A DNA stretch of 64,000 nt from Bispira polyomma. Lineage: Eukaryota. The position numbers were made by a program, and so were the translations under genes. The stretch lies in contig OZ287753.1 of NCBI GenBank assembly GCA_965649765.1, positions 69,254,001 to 69,318,000 of the forward strand, read 5' to 3'. Under the pieces are notes generated by a model. That model saw nothing but the letters and a program-made list of their open reading frames with translations. It was not told where the DNA came from and made no database searches. Positions 25,431-36,666 of this stretch are shown here, one piece after another (the stretch's first letter is position 1; every line of letters starts with the position of its first letter).

Positions 25431-26919
25431 TGGCTTTTGCAGTTTTAATTTTTTAAATGCTCCACAGTGATTCCGACTCTGAAATATAAATAACTTCAAC
25501 TAAAACTTATTGACTTCTAAGTATATAACCTTTAAGGTCACAGTTTCAAAATTTTGATGAGACTGTTGAAATCAATGCAAAGAAGGTATGGCTCCTCTTT
25601 CACAAAATTTTGTAGGTTTACTGTATTGCATAAGGTACCAAATGTATTGGCCTCTGTGTCGCTATGGCACAAACCAAACGTGTTAAAACATGTACTAACC
25701 CTCATTCTTTCATTGAAAAGCAGGCCAGTAGCAGCTAAGCAGAAAAGTCCTCATCCTTCGTCTCTAAAAATAGAGAATTTTCTGAATTTTGGGGTTTAAA
25801 CTTATAACTGAGTGCGGGCAGGGTCCAGTATTTTTATTACTCCCTCTTGGTGCTATGAAGGTACCAGAGTAGAATAGGGGCGCTGATGAGCTAGACTCAT
25901 CCTTACTAGGTGGTTCAGTGTCCAAGGTTGTTGGTTCTTAAGCAGTGGAATAAATTTGATAAGTATTGTGTGGACTGCACTAACAGTGCCCTAAATAGCC
26001 TGTCCTGCTAAGCATTGTTTATAAGTGAAAACGATAAACTGTATTGAGCTCAACTAAACTTTGCTGCACTTTAATCTATATCATTCTGTTTTAAGTAAAG
26101 ACCACCTATTTGTCAGTGCTTGAAAGACAACCAGAACTTTAGTCATCAATTATTACTGTGAGAAACATTCAGTGCTTGATGTGGTCGGTCAGTGGCAGTT
26201 CGCTGACTTGCTTGGATTTGTTGAAAGGTAGTTGTGAGGTGTTCACCAGAATCGTTTGGATAAGTAGCCCTTTAAACACGTTCAGTTCTAGGCGATCATA
26301 ATCATTTATTTAAGTATTTCTGAATTACAGGTTTTTATCACATTAAACAGCAAAACTCTCTCAGTAAACATTTAATCATGTATAATGTTGGAGAAGCAGT
26401 CATGTTATGTATACTTACCACTAAACTCACCACCAGTGCCTAAATTTAGAGTTATTATGCCATAGGTCGTGAACTGTGCCAAGACAAGATATTTACTATT
26501 AAACAAAGAGCACTGTATATTTAAACTTTGACTATTATATGACTGTCTCTTTAAATGGTAAATCAAATGTAAAAACACTCTAATCACTGTCACCAAGCTA
26601 AGTGTAATCTGTACTTACAATTTGTGTAAATTACAATTATAGTAAATATTTTTGTACACCTTATTACATTTCACAATTCTTAATAATGCTTCATTTTACA
26701 ATTAATGTCATGATTCAATAAATTTGATCAATGATAAATGTTTTTTACTAAAACCAAATTGCTTAGATGTTGCTGGGTTTTATGTGTTTTCCACTATATT
26801 AGCTCTGCCCTCTCTTATCTGATTTACCTATTTATATAATGACACTGGAGAGTGATTATGTGGGCCAGGATTAATAGGTTTTGGTGTTGGGAAATATGTC
26901 CCTGCCTGAAAGGGGGGAA

Positions 26920-27731
26920 GTGTACACAGACTTGGTAAACTGCCACATCTTCAGACATTTTCTGTGAAAAGTGTAGAGACATTTTATTGCAAGATTTCAA
27001 AATGCATTAGATCATGATCTGATTTGGTAGCTCAGGTTTAATTTGAAAGCTACTCCAAATTTTCTGAGTGAAGACTTTGCCCCCATAACCCAGGATAGAA
27101 GGAAGCAACTCCAACAGATATTCAGTGCTGCTCAAAGACACCCGAAGATCAACAGATGTCATTTAAACAGAGACACCCTTGTCATAAATGGACAGAGGTA
27201 TACAGTTGATGCAGTTCATTCATTTCCATTTGGTCTGAATACTGTTAAACGGTCAGAAAAAAAACTTACAACGAAGGAACGTATGGCCTTTTTTGGTAAG
27301 GACAACTTTCTTAGTAATTTTCACCTAAGCTCGTCTGTTGACAATGATCAAACTTTCGGTAGACTACACTACTACCAGTTCAAAAAAGCGGCATACTTCA
27401 ATGACCACCTAACTGCAATGGCAATCTTGGCATCAAATCTCCAAACCAGGCAAAGGCCCTTAGCTACAAAATGAAAGACTATGATAAGAGACTGTGGAAG
27501 GCCGTGGCAGAACAATCTATGTTTAAAGCTGTTACAAAGAAATTCCAGCAAAATGATGCCCTTAGAGTAAAACTTAAGGAAACTACTGGAGTGTTGATTG
27601 AAGCAAATCCCAGAGATACATACTTCTTATGTGGCTTGTCATTACAAGATTCAAATCTGGAAGTGCAGTCGAATTGGAAAGGCCAGAACATTCTTGGAAA
27701 TATGCTTTGCCAAGTATGTAATTCTCTTTAA
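26920..27731 (+). pseudogene. L1 ORF1p (RRM end + CTD) fused to C-terminal NADAR/YbiA-like domain (L1-B)
   Basis: VHRLGK...IARF...LKATPNFLSEDFAPITQDRRKQL...DTLVINGQRYTV (L1 ORF1p) in the same frame as AFFGKDNFLSNFH...HYYQFKKA; after frameshift W...MFKAVTKKFQQNDALRVKLKETTGVLIEANPRDTYFLCG...WKGQNILGNML (NADAR). Confidence 0.88.
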
Positions 27732-29810
27732 ATAAATGTTGATTACTATCAAGCTGTCCTAAAATTATAGTTATGTACTGTTTCACTATTTGTAACTAAT
27801 TTGCAAAAGAAAGTTTGAAAACAGAGCATGTTTGTAACTTACACTTAAGATGCAGTAGAACAGTCACTATCGAACCCTTTATTATCTCAATACTGAATTT
27901 TATGAACATACTTGTACTCTCCTAAATTGACATCTTCTTTTTATTTATACTAAAGTACTTATTCTATTTTATGAAGTTTCTATTGTCTCAATATGTTCAG
28001 ATGATGGGTTTCTTTTTTACTTTTTATGCATATCTATTTTATAATGTAATGCAAACACCCAATTTAGTTACATAATTAAAGACAGCAATGTCAACAAAAT
28101 AATATATACTATGACATGTTTAAGAAAGAGAAAAAATGCTTAAATTATGTGTTTGGCTATTATTTAAGTTTAATTGGTGTTTATTCAGTTGTACTGTTTT
28201 TATAATCACAAATGTACTTTAGTGTATGTAATACTAATATGATATATATCAGTAGGTGTATGTAATATTAATATGATATATATTAGTAGGATCAACAGTA
28301 TTATCAATACCATGCATTGGAATTATTAAACACATAATTCCTGTTTATACAGTAGAGTTTCAGTGTGGGCTATATGTACAGACAAGGAGTGTTATGACAC
28401 ATTCCCTAACCCCATTTAAAGAAGTCGACAAAAAATACACAATGGGCTTTAATATTTTAAAGTACTGTTTCTTTGGTTATATGTGATATATGTTAAACTG
28501 TAAATACTTACAAATTAGAATCAGCTGTAAACTTGGGCAGCACGGCCAAAATGCAACCCAAGGTGAAACACTAAGTTGCCTGTCATCATGTGATAAGCTA
28601 TATTTACTTAAATGTATTGTTACCTTGCTACATGTACACCATTGAAAATTCAGATATTAACACTGGTTTGTTCAATATGCACTCTTGTAGTGTTATTGCA
28701 GTCAAATTAAACATGATGAAATCTATAGGTGAAACATGGGTTATTTAAAATGCACTATTACAAGGTTATAGCATTCAATATGCACTATTATAAGGTTATA
28801 GCACTTTTAGCTAAAGAGTTGCTAGCCGGTACTAGCACACCACACCAATTCAATTAATGACTGATGAAGGGCTGTTATTTTCTAACCAAAATAACTAGAT
28901 GCCTGTACTGTCACCAGGTGAGAATGGCAATAGCAGCCCCAGTGCTAGATATAATAGGGCCTGTACTGGCCAAAGGATTCAAACCATATATACCACATTA
29001 GACTTTGCATCAAAAGTGTAAATAGGAAATTGTATAACACACCATAATGTCCTATATACTGTTTAACACGAAACCACCTAAATACCTAGACTAGGACTAA
29101 TATAGCTTTTGACATCATAAATAGGTTGATGAATGGTATAAAATACAATACTTTTTATCAAAAAAAACCCTAGAAATATGTGTTTTATGTTGTAGCTAAG
29201 CGATGATTGGCATATCAGTAATGTGCAGTATCATAAAAGTTATGATGTGTGAACTACTAGCTCAAAGGTTTCTTTTTACCGTATTGTAAATGTCATTACA
29301 ATTAATGCTGAGTGCATTTTAATATTAGTTCTATGAAAGTACTAAACACTTTTGTTAAAATAGTAGAAGTATACATGTTTAGCCTCCCTTTTTTAAACTT
29401 AAAAATGGTTTTGTTGTAATTGTTACGAACCATACATGGATGAATTTAGATCTTCTGTTTGTTACTCTCCCTCCACTTTCATGTAAATTTTACTTTTTCA
29501 ACTAATTTGTTATTGTAAATGATTCCAGTATTCAATACAAATGAGTTCAAAAAGTAAATTTTAATATGTGTCTATCAATTATTGTGTCATGGTTTTTTCA
29601 GTTTTATTTTGTTTGAGAAAGTCACTAAGGTGATGTTTGTGGGAATACACTCTACTTGTTAGGTTTTTAATATTTTTAATATGAAATTTTTTAACTAGTT
29701 CATTGTGAGATTTAATACAATTGTTACGCGCCGTTTCGACACCAGGCTCCGATTCGAATCGGCACCCCCTAGAAGGGGTGCCTTTTTGACACCTAACCCC
29801 AATGCATACT

Positions 29811-30203
29811 TGGCGTGGCCATTTTGACACCAAAAAAGTGAATGTTTAAGATTTATTTGAATAAAATCACTATTTTACTTGATTTTAACCAATGAGGTAT
29901 CATTTTAAAGTTTACAACATAGGGATCAAAGTTATTTCTATTTCATAATTGCAACTGACTTATTAAATTTCACAGTAAATCGCTGTGAAAATCAATTTAA
30001 TTAAATTAGATATTTTAGCTGGTTATTAGAATAAGTTAAACAGCGATTTACTAAATAAAGAAGCAATATTTTTTGTAATATTGAAATTTTTGTGTTGTAA
30101 GCTTTAAAATTATATCTTATTTGTCAAAATCAAGCAAGCAATAATAGTTTTATTAAATAAATATTAAAGAATAATTGTTGTTGGTGTCAAAATGGCCTCA
30201 CCA
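29811..30203. mobile_element. Degenerate fold-back/MITE-like element (imperfect ~390-bp hairpin)
   Basis: TGGCGTGGCCATTTTGACACC (29811) vs GGTGTCAAAATGGCCTCACCA (ends 30203); inner sequences also complementary (CTTGATTTT/AAAATCAAG; TTTAAAGTTTACAACA/TGTTGTAAGCTTTAAA). Confidence 0.65.
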
Positions 30204-30251
30204 GATTACATCTTGATGGTTTTATTGTTATTTTTTTAAAAAAGAGAAAAT

Positions 30252-30408
30252 GTATTCATAAAACTATTCATAAATATGAATATATTTGCAATGTATTCGA
30301 ATATGAATGTGAATACTTTGCCAAAAATAGAAATGTATTCGAATCCGAATGCTCAAAAAAATGTATTTGAATGCATTCGAATACAAATGCAGAATACGAA
30401 TACCCCAT
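30252..30408. mobile_element. Non-autonomous DNA transposon end (hAT-like) with GTATTCGAATAC-type repeats
   Basis: Several GTATTC/GAATA[C/T] palindromic motifs ending GAATACGAATACCCCATG. Confidence 0.5.
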
Positions 30409-30409
30409 G

Positions 30410-32735
30410 TGAGTGAAATAAAACTTATTTCCACAAATTGTCAAGGCTTAAGAGATAAGCATAAACTTTAGGATGTAATGAATTACTGTATACAAAATGG
30501 TCAAATATTATCTGTCTCCAGGATACACATTTACTTAAAGATGATACAAATGACCTTTGATCTATGTCGAATTTTGAATGTATTTTAAGCGGCGGCAGCA
30601 CCAATTCCAGAGGTGTTGCTATTTTTCTTAGTGGTAATTTTAAATATAAAATTGTTGATATTAAAATAGATAGAGAGGGTAACTACATATGTGTAGACTT
30701 GAAACTTGAGTCATTTTCACTTTGAATAATTAATATATGTGCTTTAAATTAAGATAAACCTAATTTTTTTGAATATTTGCGACAACTGGTGCAAGATAAT
30801 ACACAGAATTACATTATTATGTGTGGGGACTTTAATCTAGTTCTCGATCAACAGTTAGATAGTTTTAATTACATCAACAGAAATTCTGAAAATGCATAAT
30901 TTAAAAGATGCCTATAGAAACTTACATCCAACTACGCGGAGGTATACTTGGAGATGTAAACATCCAATAAAAAAAGCTCTTCTTGACTGTTTTATTGTAA
31001 CACAAGCTTTTATCGATCTTATTTCCAACTGTAGGATAAATCCAGATTATAGATCTGACCATTTCTTGCTAGAACTTAACATTGTAACAAATTCCTTTCA
31101 TCATGAAAGAGGTTTATGGAAGTTAAATAGTGCACTACTAAAAAGTCCAGAATACATATTTGCCATTAATAAAGCTGTCCAGGAAGTACAGATAAAGTAC
31201 TCTCTTCTTGTATATAAAAAAAAATTTTATCCAAGGAGTAATTATTTGGATTTACACTAAAGAAGACGATCTACTCTTGGAAATGCTATTGTTGGAAATA
31301 AGAAGCATCACTTTAAAATTCAGTGCTTCGCTTAAGCGCACTAAGGATTCCAGAGAAAAGGAATTAATTAAAGCTGTTGTACAATTTGAAAATAATGAAT
31401 TGAATTTCCAATCCAGTAAATTATTATTGGAAGAAATGAAACAAGAGTTACAAACACTTCGAAAAGTAAAATTAAAAGGCCACATGGTAAGGTCTAGAGC
31501 CCAGTGGTTACACTTTGGGGTTTTTTTGTACTCTTGAACAAAGAAATTATGTTGAGAAAACAATAAAGAAAATCAGTCTGACAATGGACAGTTCATCAGT
31601 ACACAATCAGACATTTTGAACCATGTTTGACAATACTATGCTAATTTATTTAAAAATACAGAATACAATCTACCTAATATAGATCTAAACAAAGTTTTCA
31701 AAAAAAAGTTTATTAGTAAATTAAGTCAAATTGAAGCTGTCACATTAGGTGAACTACTATTTACATTTGAATTAAGTACAACATTAAAAAACATGAGAAA
31801 TAATAAAACGCCCGGGATGGATGGGTTTCCTGCTGTATTTTTTAAAGTTTTCTGGTGTAAAATAAAAATCATTGTTACTAGAGCACTCAATCAGAGCTTT
31901 AAGAAGGGAAAGCTATTAATATCACTACGGCAAACAATAATAAATTGCATTCCAAAAGGAGACAAACCAAGAGAATTTTTTAAAAAATGGCGCCTAATCA
32001 CACTGTTGAGTGTACTCTACAAATTGGTCTCAGGAACTATACCGAACAGAACCAAATTAATTTCACATTTTAAAGTGGTTTTGTAAAGGTTAGATATATT
32101 GGTGAGTTAACAAGATTAGTTTATAACATTGTGAACTATACCAAAAATATTAATATAACTGGGTTATTGATGTTGATCGACTTTGAGAAGGCTTTCGACT
32201 CAATTTTTTAAGAATTTATGTACAATGTATTCAATTTTTTAGGATTCCCCATATTATATTTGCTTGGTAAAACTTTAAAATAATTCTATCCTTGCATCAG
32301 TCGTTCAAGCAGGAGTAAAATCAAAATCTATCAATATAGAAAGAGGTTGTAAGCAAGGGAACCCGATTGCCCCACATTTATTAATTATTTGTGGCCAGAT
32401 TCCAAATTATATGATCAAGGTAAACATGGATATAAGAGGAATATTTGGGGCTAAAAAGAGTTTAAATTGACCCAATTTGTAGACAATACCACTCTTTTCT
32501 TGGATGGTTCACATAAAATTACTACAAGCAGCTTTAAATACAATTGAAATATGTAGATCTTTTTCAGGCCTAAAAATGAATCACAGAAACTTTTGAACAC
32601 TTGGAAAAGAAGAGATATCATTCCAATTGGTAAAATTACTGTTATTAAAACTTTTATCTTATCAAAATTCATCAACCTTTTGTCATCTATCTACTCATCC
32701 GGAATCCACTTTGTTAATCAACAAATAACTATATT
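30410..32735 (+). mobile_element. L1-B ORF2 (APE-RT), degraded; interrupted by the Maverick, resumes at 49227
   Basis: SEIKLISTNCQGLRD, ICLQDTH, NSRGVAI, CGDFNLVLD, DAYRNLHP...YTW, RSDH, NKTPGMDGFP, DFEKAFDS, GCKQG, PIGKITVIKTFILSK. Confidence 0.92.
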
Positions 32736-32892
32736 AGTAGTTACCTGTTTCATGCTTTTTTACACCCCAATGATGAAGAGAGTTAACCCCAAGATCTAAT
32801 AATCCCCCCGAAGACTCAATCAGACCACCCTCAATGACTACTGGACCCCTTACGGAGTAATTGATCATTTTACAAAATATATGAAAACTTCA
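32736..32892 (+). repeat. Maverick left TIR (>=157 bp; weaker similarity continues to ~32980)
   Basis: Reverse complement of 49066-49220 (e.g. TCAGACCACCCTCAATGACTACTGGACCCCTTA). Confidence 0.93.
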
Positions 32893-33726
32893 TTTTAGGA
32901 CTTATATGTGTTCATTGTCTAGCAAAATATTAGAGTGGTCATTTAGGAATTATATGAGAGCGTTGTGAAGCAAAACATTTAGATAAAATTTGCTGACACA
33001 GCATTAATTTATTTGAAAGGTAGACTTTACATAAAATTTGATGACTTTTATTTTTGACATTGAATCAGTGCAACAGCAAATAAATTAATTTGTTAATTAA
33101 TGAAGCATACATTATTTCTTTTGATCTTAATACCAATTTTGATTGGGTGGATTTGATCCAATCAACATTACAGCAAATATAACTATTTATAAATTTTCCA
33201 AACAAAAATTCCATTTATTTAATTTACAAGAGAAACATGGAACGAACAGATGCATCAGACTTAGTTGTTGGTGAAGGATTATTTTGAAATTCAGTCAAAG
33301 GTGGTTTTTCACTTTGTACACCAGCTTTTTCAGGAGGTTTTTTAGTTTCTACACCAACTTCTTCTAAATCTTGTTGTTGAAAATCAACCAAAGGAGCTTC
33401 TATATATTTAAGAGGACAAACAGACACAAACCCATGATTTTCCTTCTAGAAAGACGAATACTTTTACAAGTACGACAACAGAATTAAAACGTTTAAGACA
33501 TGGCCTAAATCTCACTCGCTTCAACCTAAACAACCAGCTAAGGTTGGATTTCTTTACACAGGAATAGGAGAAAGTTGTAAATGTGCTTGGTGTAAGGTTG
33601 TTTTACATCATTGGGATTTTTTTGAAGACGTCTTTTTTAACATAAAAGACACACTAAAGGAAATTGTGCATTTGTTCAGTACTTATTTCCATCAGATCCT
33701 CCACATTTTTAACTGAAAGAATAACT

Positions 33727-34161
33727 ATGGCTGACTATGTCATTGATAGCTTTGAAGGAAAGACAGTGGAAATTAGAGGATCATCCATTTGTGACTATAG
33801 TATAGTTTTAAAAAATAAAGACAATAAGGAAATATCTATAAATAATTCTAAATATTTCAAATTGATGAAAAGTAAAGAACAATTATCAAGCAAGCTCATC
33901 AGATTGTGCCATAAAAAAGAACCAATAGAATTTTATGTTTGTTTGGAAAATGATGTTTTTGCCTATTTACAATCGCCGTTTCAATGCATACAATTTCGCA
34001 GATTCTTCAGGTTTGGTGGACAACGTCTCCCCACATTGGATGGAATATCTTTGAAATATGTTCAGTGGTTTAAATCAAATCAAAAAAGAACATCCTCAGA
34101 TTTTCTATACTCATCAGAACCAAGAAGATTTCTTCTCGAGTCCTCCATGCAACCCAAATGA
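33727..34161 (+). CDS. Maverick PC4-like ssDNA-binding protein (possibly frameshifted near the C-terminus)
   Basis: VFAYLQSPFQCIQFRRFF...RLPTLDGISLKYVQW resembles the PC4 motif (IR.Y...PgkkGISL...qW). Confidence 0.6.
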   Translation: MADYVIDSFEGKTVEIRGSSICDYSIVLKNKDNKEISINNSKYFKLMKSKEQLSSKLIRLCHKKEPIEFYVCLENDVFAYLQSPFQCIQFRRFFRFGGQRLPTLDGISLKYVQWFKSNQKRTSSDFLYSSEPRRFLLESSMQPK

Positions 34162-34509
34162 TGAAGTAGACGTAGCCAAAGTTTCAGAAGCAGATCAAAA
34201 TTCAACAGAGAATAGTTTATAAACTTCTTATTTTATTATTCAGATTATCAGTGAATATTTTTTAAATAATTTCAGCGGATTAAGAATTTCTTCTCATACA
34301 TAACTCAGCCCCTTGGTAAAGTAACAGTTTCAGAAGATTCAAAACTTTTTTTAAACTTAAGAAAGACTCTTATAATTTTTTATTTGCATGTAATTTAGTA
34401 AAGACTTGGTAACCTTATTAAATGGAAATATATTAGTTATTTGTGTAATTAAAACAATGTATTGGTTATAATAAAAGTAATTGTCTTCATTAACGTTTTG
34501 ATATTAAAC

Positions 34510-35144
34510 ATGAAAGTTATTCAATTTAAAACTCCTTCTACTTGGATGATATCTGGAATGACTGGTACTGGAAAAACAAGTTGGTTGTATAAATTATTAA
34601 TGGCTAAAGACCTTATGTTTAAAAATCCACCTAAAAAAATTATCTATTGTTATTCCATTTGGCAAACTGTGTTTAACGACATGGAAAAAAAATATTTAAA
34701 TATCAAAATTGTTGAAGGAATGCCAAATTTTGAAAATTTAAAAGCTATATTTAACTCAGATCACAATGTAATATGCTTAGATGACTTCAACACGAGGTAG
34801 CCAACAGTAAAGACGCAGAAAAGCTGTTCACTCAAATAAGTCACCACAACAATATTACAGTAATTTACACAAATCAAAACTTGTTCTATCACAGGAAATA
34901 TTCTAGAACTCTTAATCTTAATACAGCTTATACTGTATTGTTAAAGAACCCAAGAAATCTGCAACAAGTAAATATCTTATCACAACAAATTGGTATGAAA
35001 AGCTTGTTAAAACATGCTTATATTGATGGTCTTGAGAAACCTTATGCTTACTTAATTTTTGATTTATCACCCAAAAGTGTGGAGGCCTACAGAATATGAA
35101 CTAAATTTTTTACAAATGAATTACCAACTATAGTATATCAATGA
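34510..35144 (+). pseudogene. Maverick packaging ATPase (A32/FtsK-like), frameshifted
   Basis: Walker A GMTGTGKT, Walker B VICLDD, LFTQISHH.NITVI...QNLF, SRTLNLN..Y.VLLKNPRN, YAYLIFDL. Confidence 0.92.
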
Positions 35145-35193
35145 AGGTTTTTGAACTTATCCTCAGTTCTAAGGAAGGACATAACGAAGGTCG

Positions 35194-35757
35194 ATGGTAT
35201 CTTATGTTAGAAAACATAAGGAATATATTATTTTGATGTTGACAGCACCTGTTAATCAATCAAAAGCATTGTTAGACACAATTTCTCTTGATCAAGTTAA
35301 TCTTATAAGTGAAATAGCTCATAATTTCTTGAATATTCCCTTGACAAATAAACAAAGACACATTTTATTAAATCCTTACAATTTCATCAATGAAAATGTT
35401 AATTACTTAGAACTAAGTGTGGATGGACAAAGTGTTCTCAGCAAGCTCTCAAACCAAATTTTTCAACAGGAGATTTTGTCTCCTCATACCTTACTTTCAA
35501 ATAAATATCCTCACCACGCTGGAAATTATATTAGTAAATCTGACTATTCAAACGGGTATGGACTTTTTGCATTTGATATTCAAGGAGAGACAAATAATGA
35601 CTTAATGGGAAAGCTTAAAAAAGGGCACACAAGATGGCAGCTTAAGTTTGGTTCAGCAACGTCTAATTCTTTAATGGTTATTGCTTATTCAATTTTCCCT
35701 AGAATGGTTATTGTTGGTAAGCTAGAAATATCAAAATTCAATAATGGATACATTTGA
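35194..35757 (+). pseudogene. Chimeric ORF: small post-ATPase Maverick protein N-terminus joined to major capsid protein C-terminus
   Basis: KALL...QVNLISEIAHNFL.IPL (post-ATPase gene) then NPYNF...LSVDGQ...ISKSDYSNGYGLFAFDI...GHTRWQLKFG...LMVIAY (MCP C-terminus). Confidence 0.75.
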
Positions 35758-36150
35758 ATTAAATCAGTATATACTAAAGGATCCCCATATCTCACAAGTC
35801 TATGGAGGAGTATTACCTAAAGATTTATTACCCTTACAAACAGAAAAACTTTACATTGTTAACCTAGACACAAGTAATCAACCAGGAAGCCACTGGGTTG
35901 TAGTTTACATTCTTAGTGATGAAGTTACAGAATATTTTGATCCACTTGGTAAATTTCCAGACCTCTATTTGAAGTCCTACATGGTATTCAAAGTGCTAAC
36001 TATAAATTCAATGTCAAGAGATGTCAAAGTCGTGTTTCAAATTTGTGTGGTCAATATTGTCTTTTTTTTGTTATTTCAGAGTTAGAGGAGTTTCCATGTC
36101 AGAGATTTTAAATATGATTTCAAAAGATTTATTGTACAATGACCAGTTAG
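35744..36150 (+). pseudogene. Adenain-like cysteine protease of Maverick, frameshifted
   Basis: IVNLDTSNQPGSHWV, EYFDPLG; second frame CQSRVSNLCGQYC (His/Asp/Gln/Cys residues). Confidence 0.9.
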
Positions 36151-36327
36151 TTTATCTGTTTTATAAACACACAGTTTAAAATTGATATATTTTATTATAA
36201 GTTGATGTACATAATTAATACTGTATATACATATGCATACAATAAATAATACTGTGAAATATATATACAAAATAGTTAATAAATACTATACATATTCTAA
36301 TATACAAACAATTAAATAAATATACTA

Positions 36328-36666
36328 CTATCTTATATGTACAAATAAATAAATATATTCAATGCATAGTATCGGTTGTGTTTTTTTCTGTTTTAATACA
36401 CTTAACATCTCCCCTAGAACATTTTGCCCCCGATATTTTTCACTGTGTGTTAATACTGCCACTCTAGCTTCCATTCCACAACCTAGATAGGTGTCTTTGT
36501 CAGCATAAATAGTTTCTTGAAACAAAATATTATCAGAGGATTCTCTAAACACTTTACATTGATCATATTTTTCATTGAGAGTTAATTCTAAAAGCTCTAT
36601 CACACCAAATAAACTGATGTTTATATCTTTCAGTAATTGTACAGTTTTGTTTTTCTCAGAATTCAC
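36328..36666 (-). CDS. NADAR-like C-terminal half-domain abutting/inserted in pPolB
   Basis: EKYDQCKVFRE...DKDTYLGCG...YRGQNVLGEMLSVLK matches NADAR KF.Q...R...D..WG.G...G.N.LG..L. Confidence 0.65.
   Translation of the reverse strand: MNSEKNKTVQLLKDINISLFGVIELLELTLNEKYDQCKVFRESSDNILFQETIYADKDTYLGCGMEARVAVLTHSEKYRGQNVLGEMLSVLKQKKTQPILCIEYIYLFVHIR

Noticed and set aside
25805-26012. Putative terminal/ICR repeats of the YR element (GAGTGCGGGCAGG vs CCTGTCCTGCT)
   Set aside because: Complementarity too short and degenerate; no matching copy found at the left end.
26920-27731. NADAR as bacterial ybiA contamination
   Set aside because: Fused in frame to eukaryotic L1 ORF1p motifs, pseudogenised, and embedded in animal repeats.
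28858-28900. CTGATGAAGGG...CCAAAA hammerhead-like remnant
   Set aside because: GAAA core absent and stem II mismatched; not supportable.
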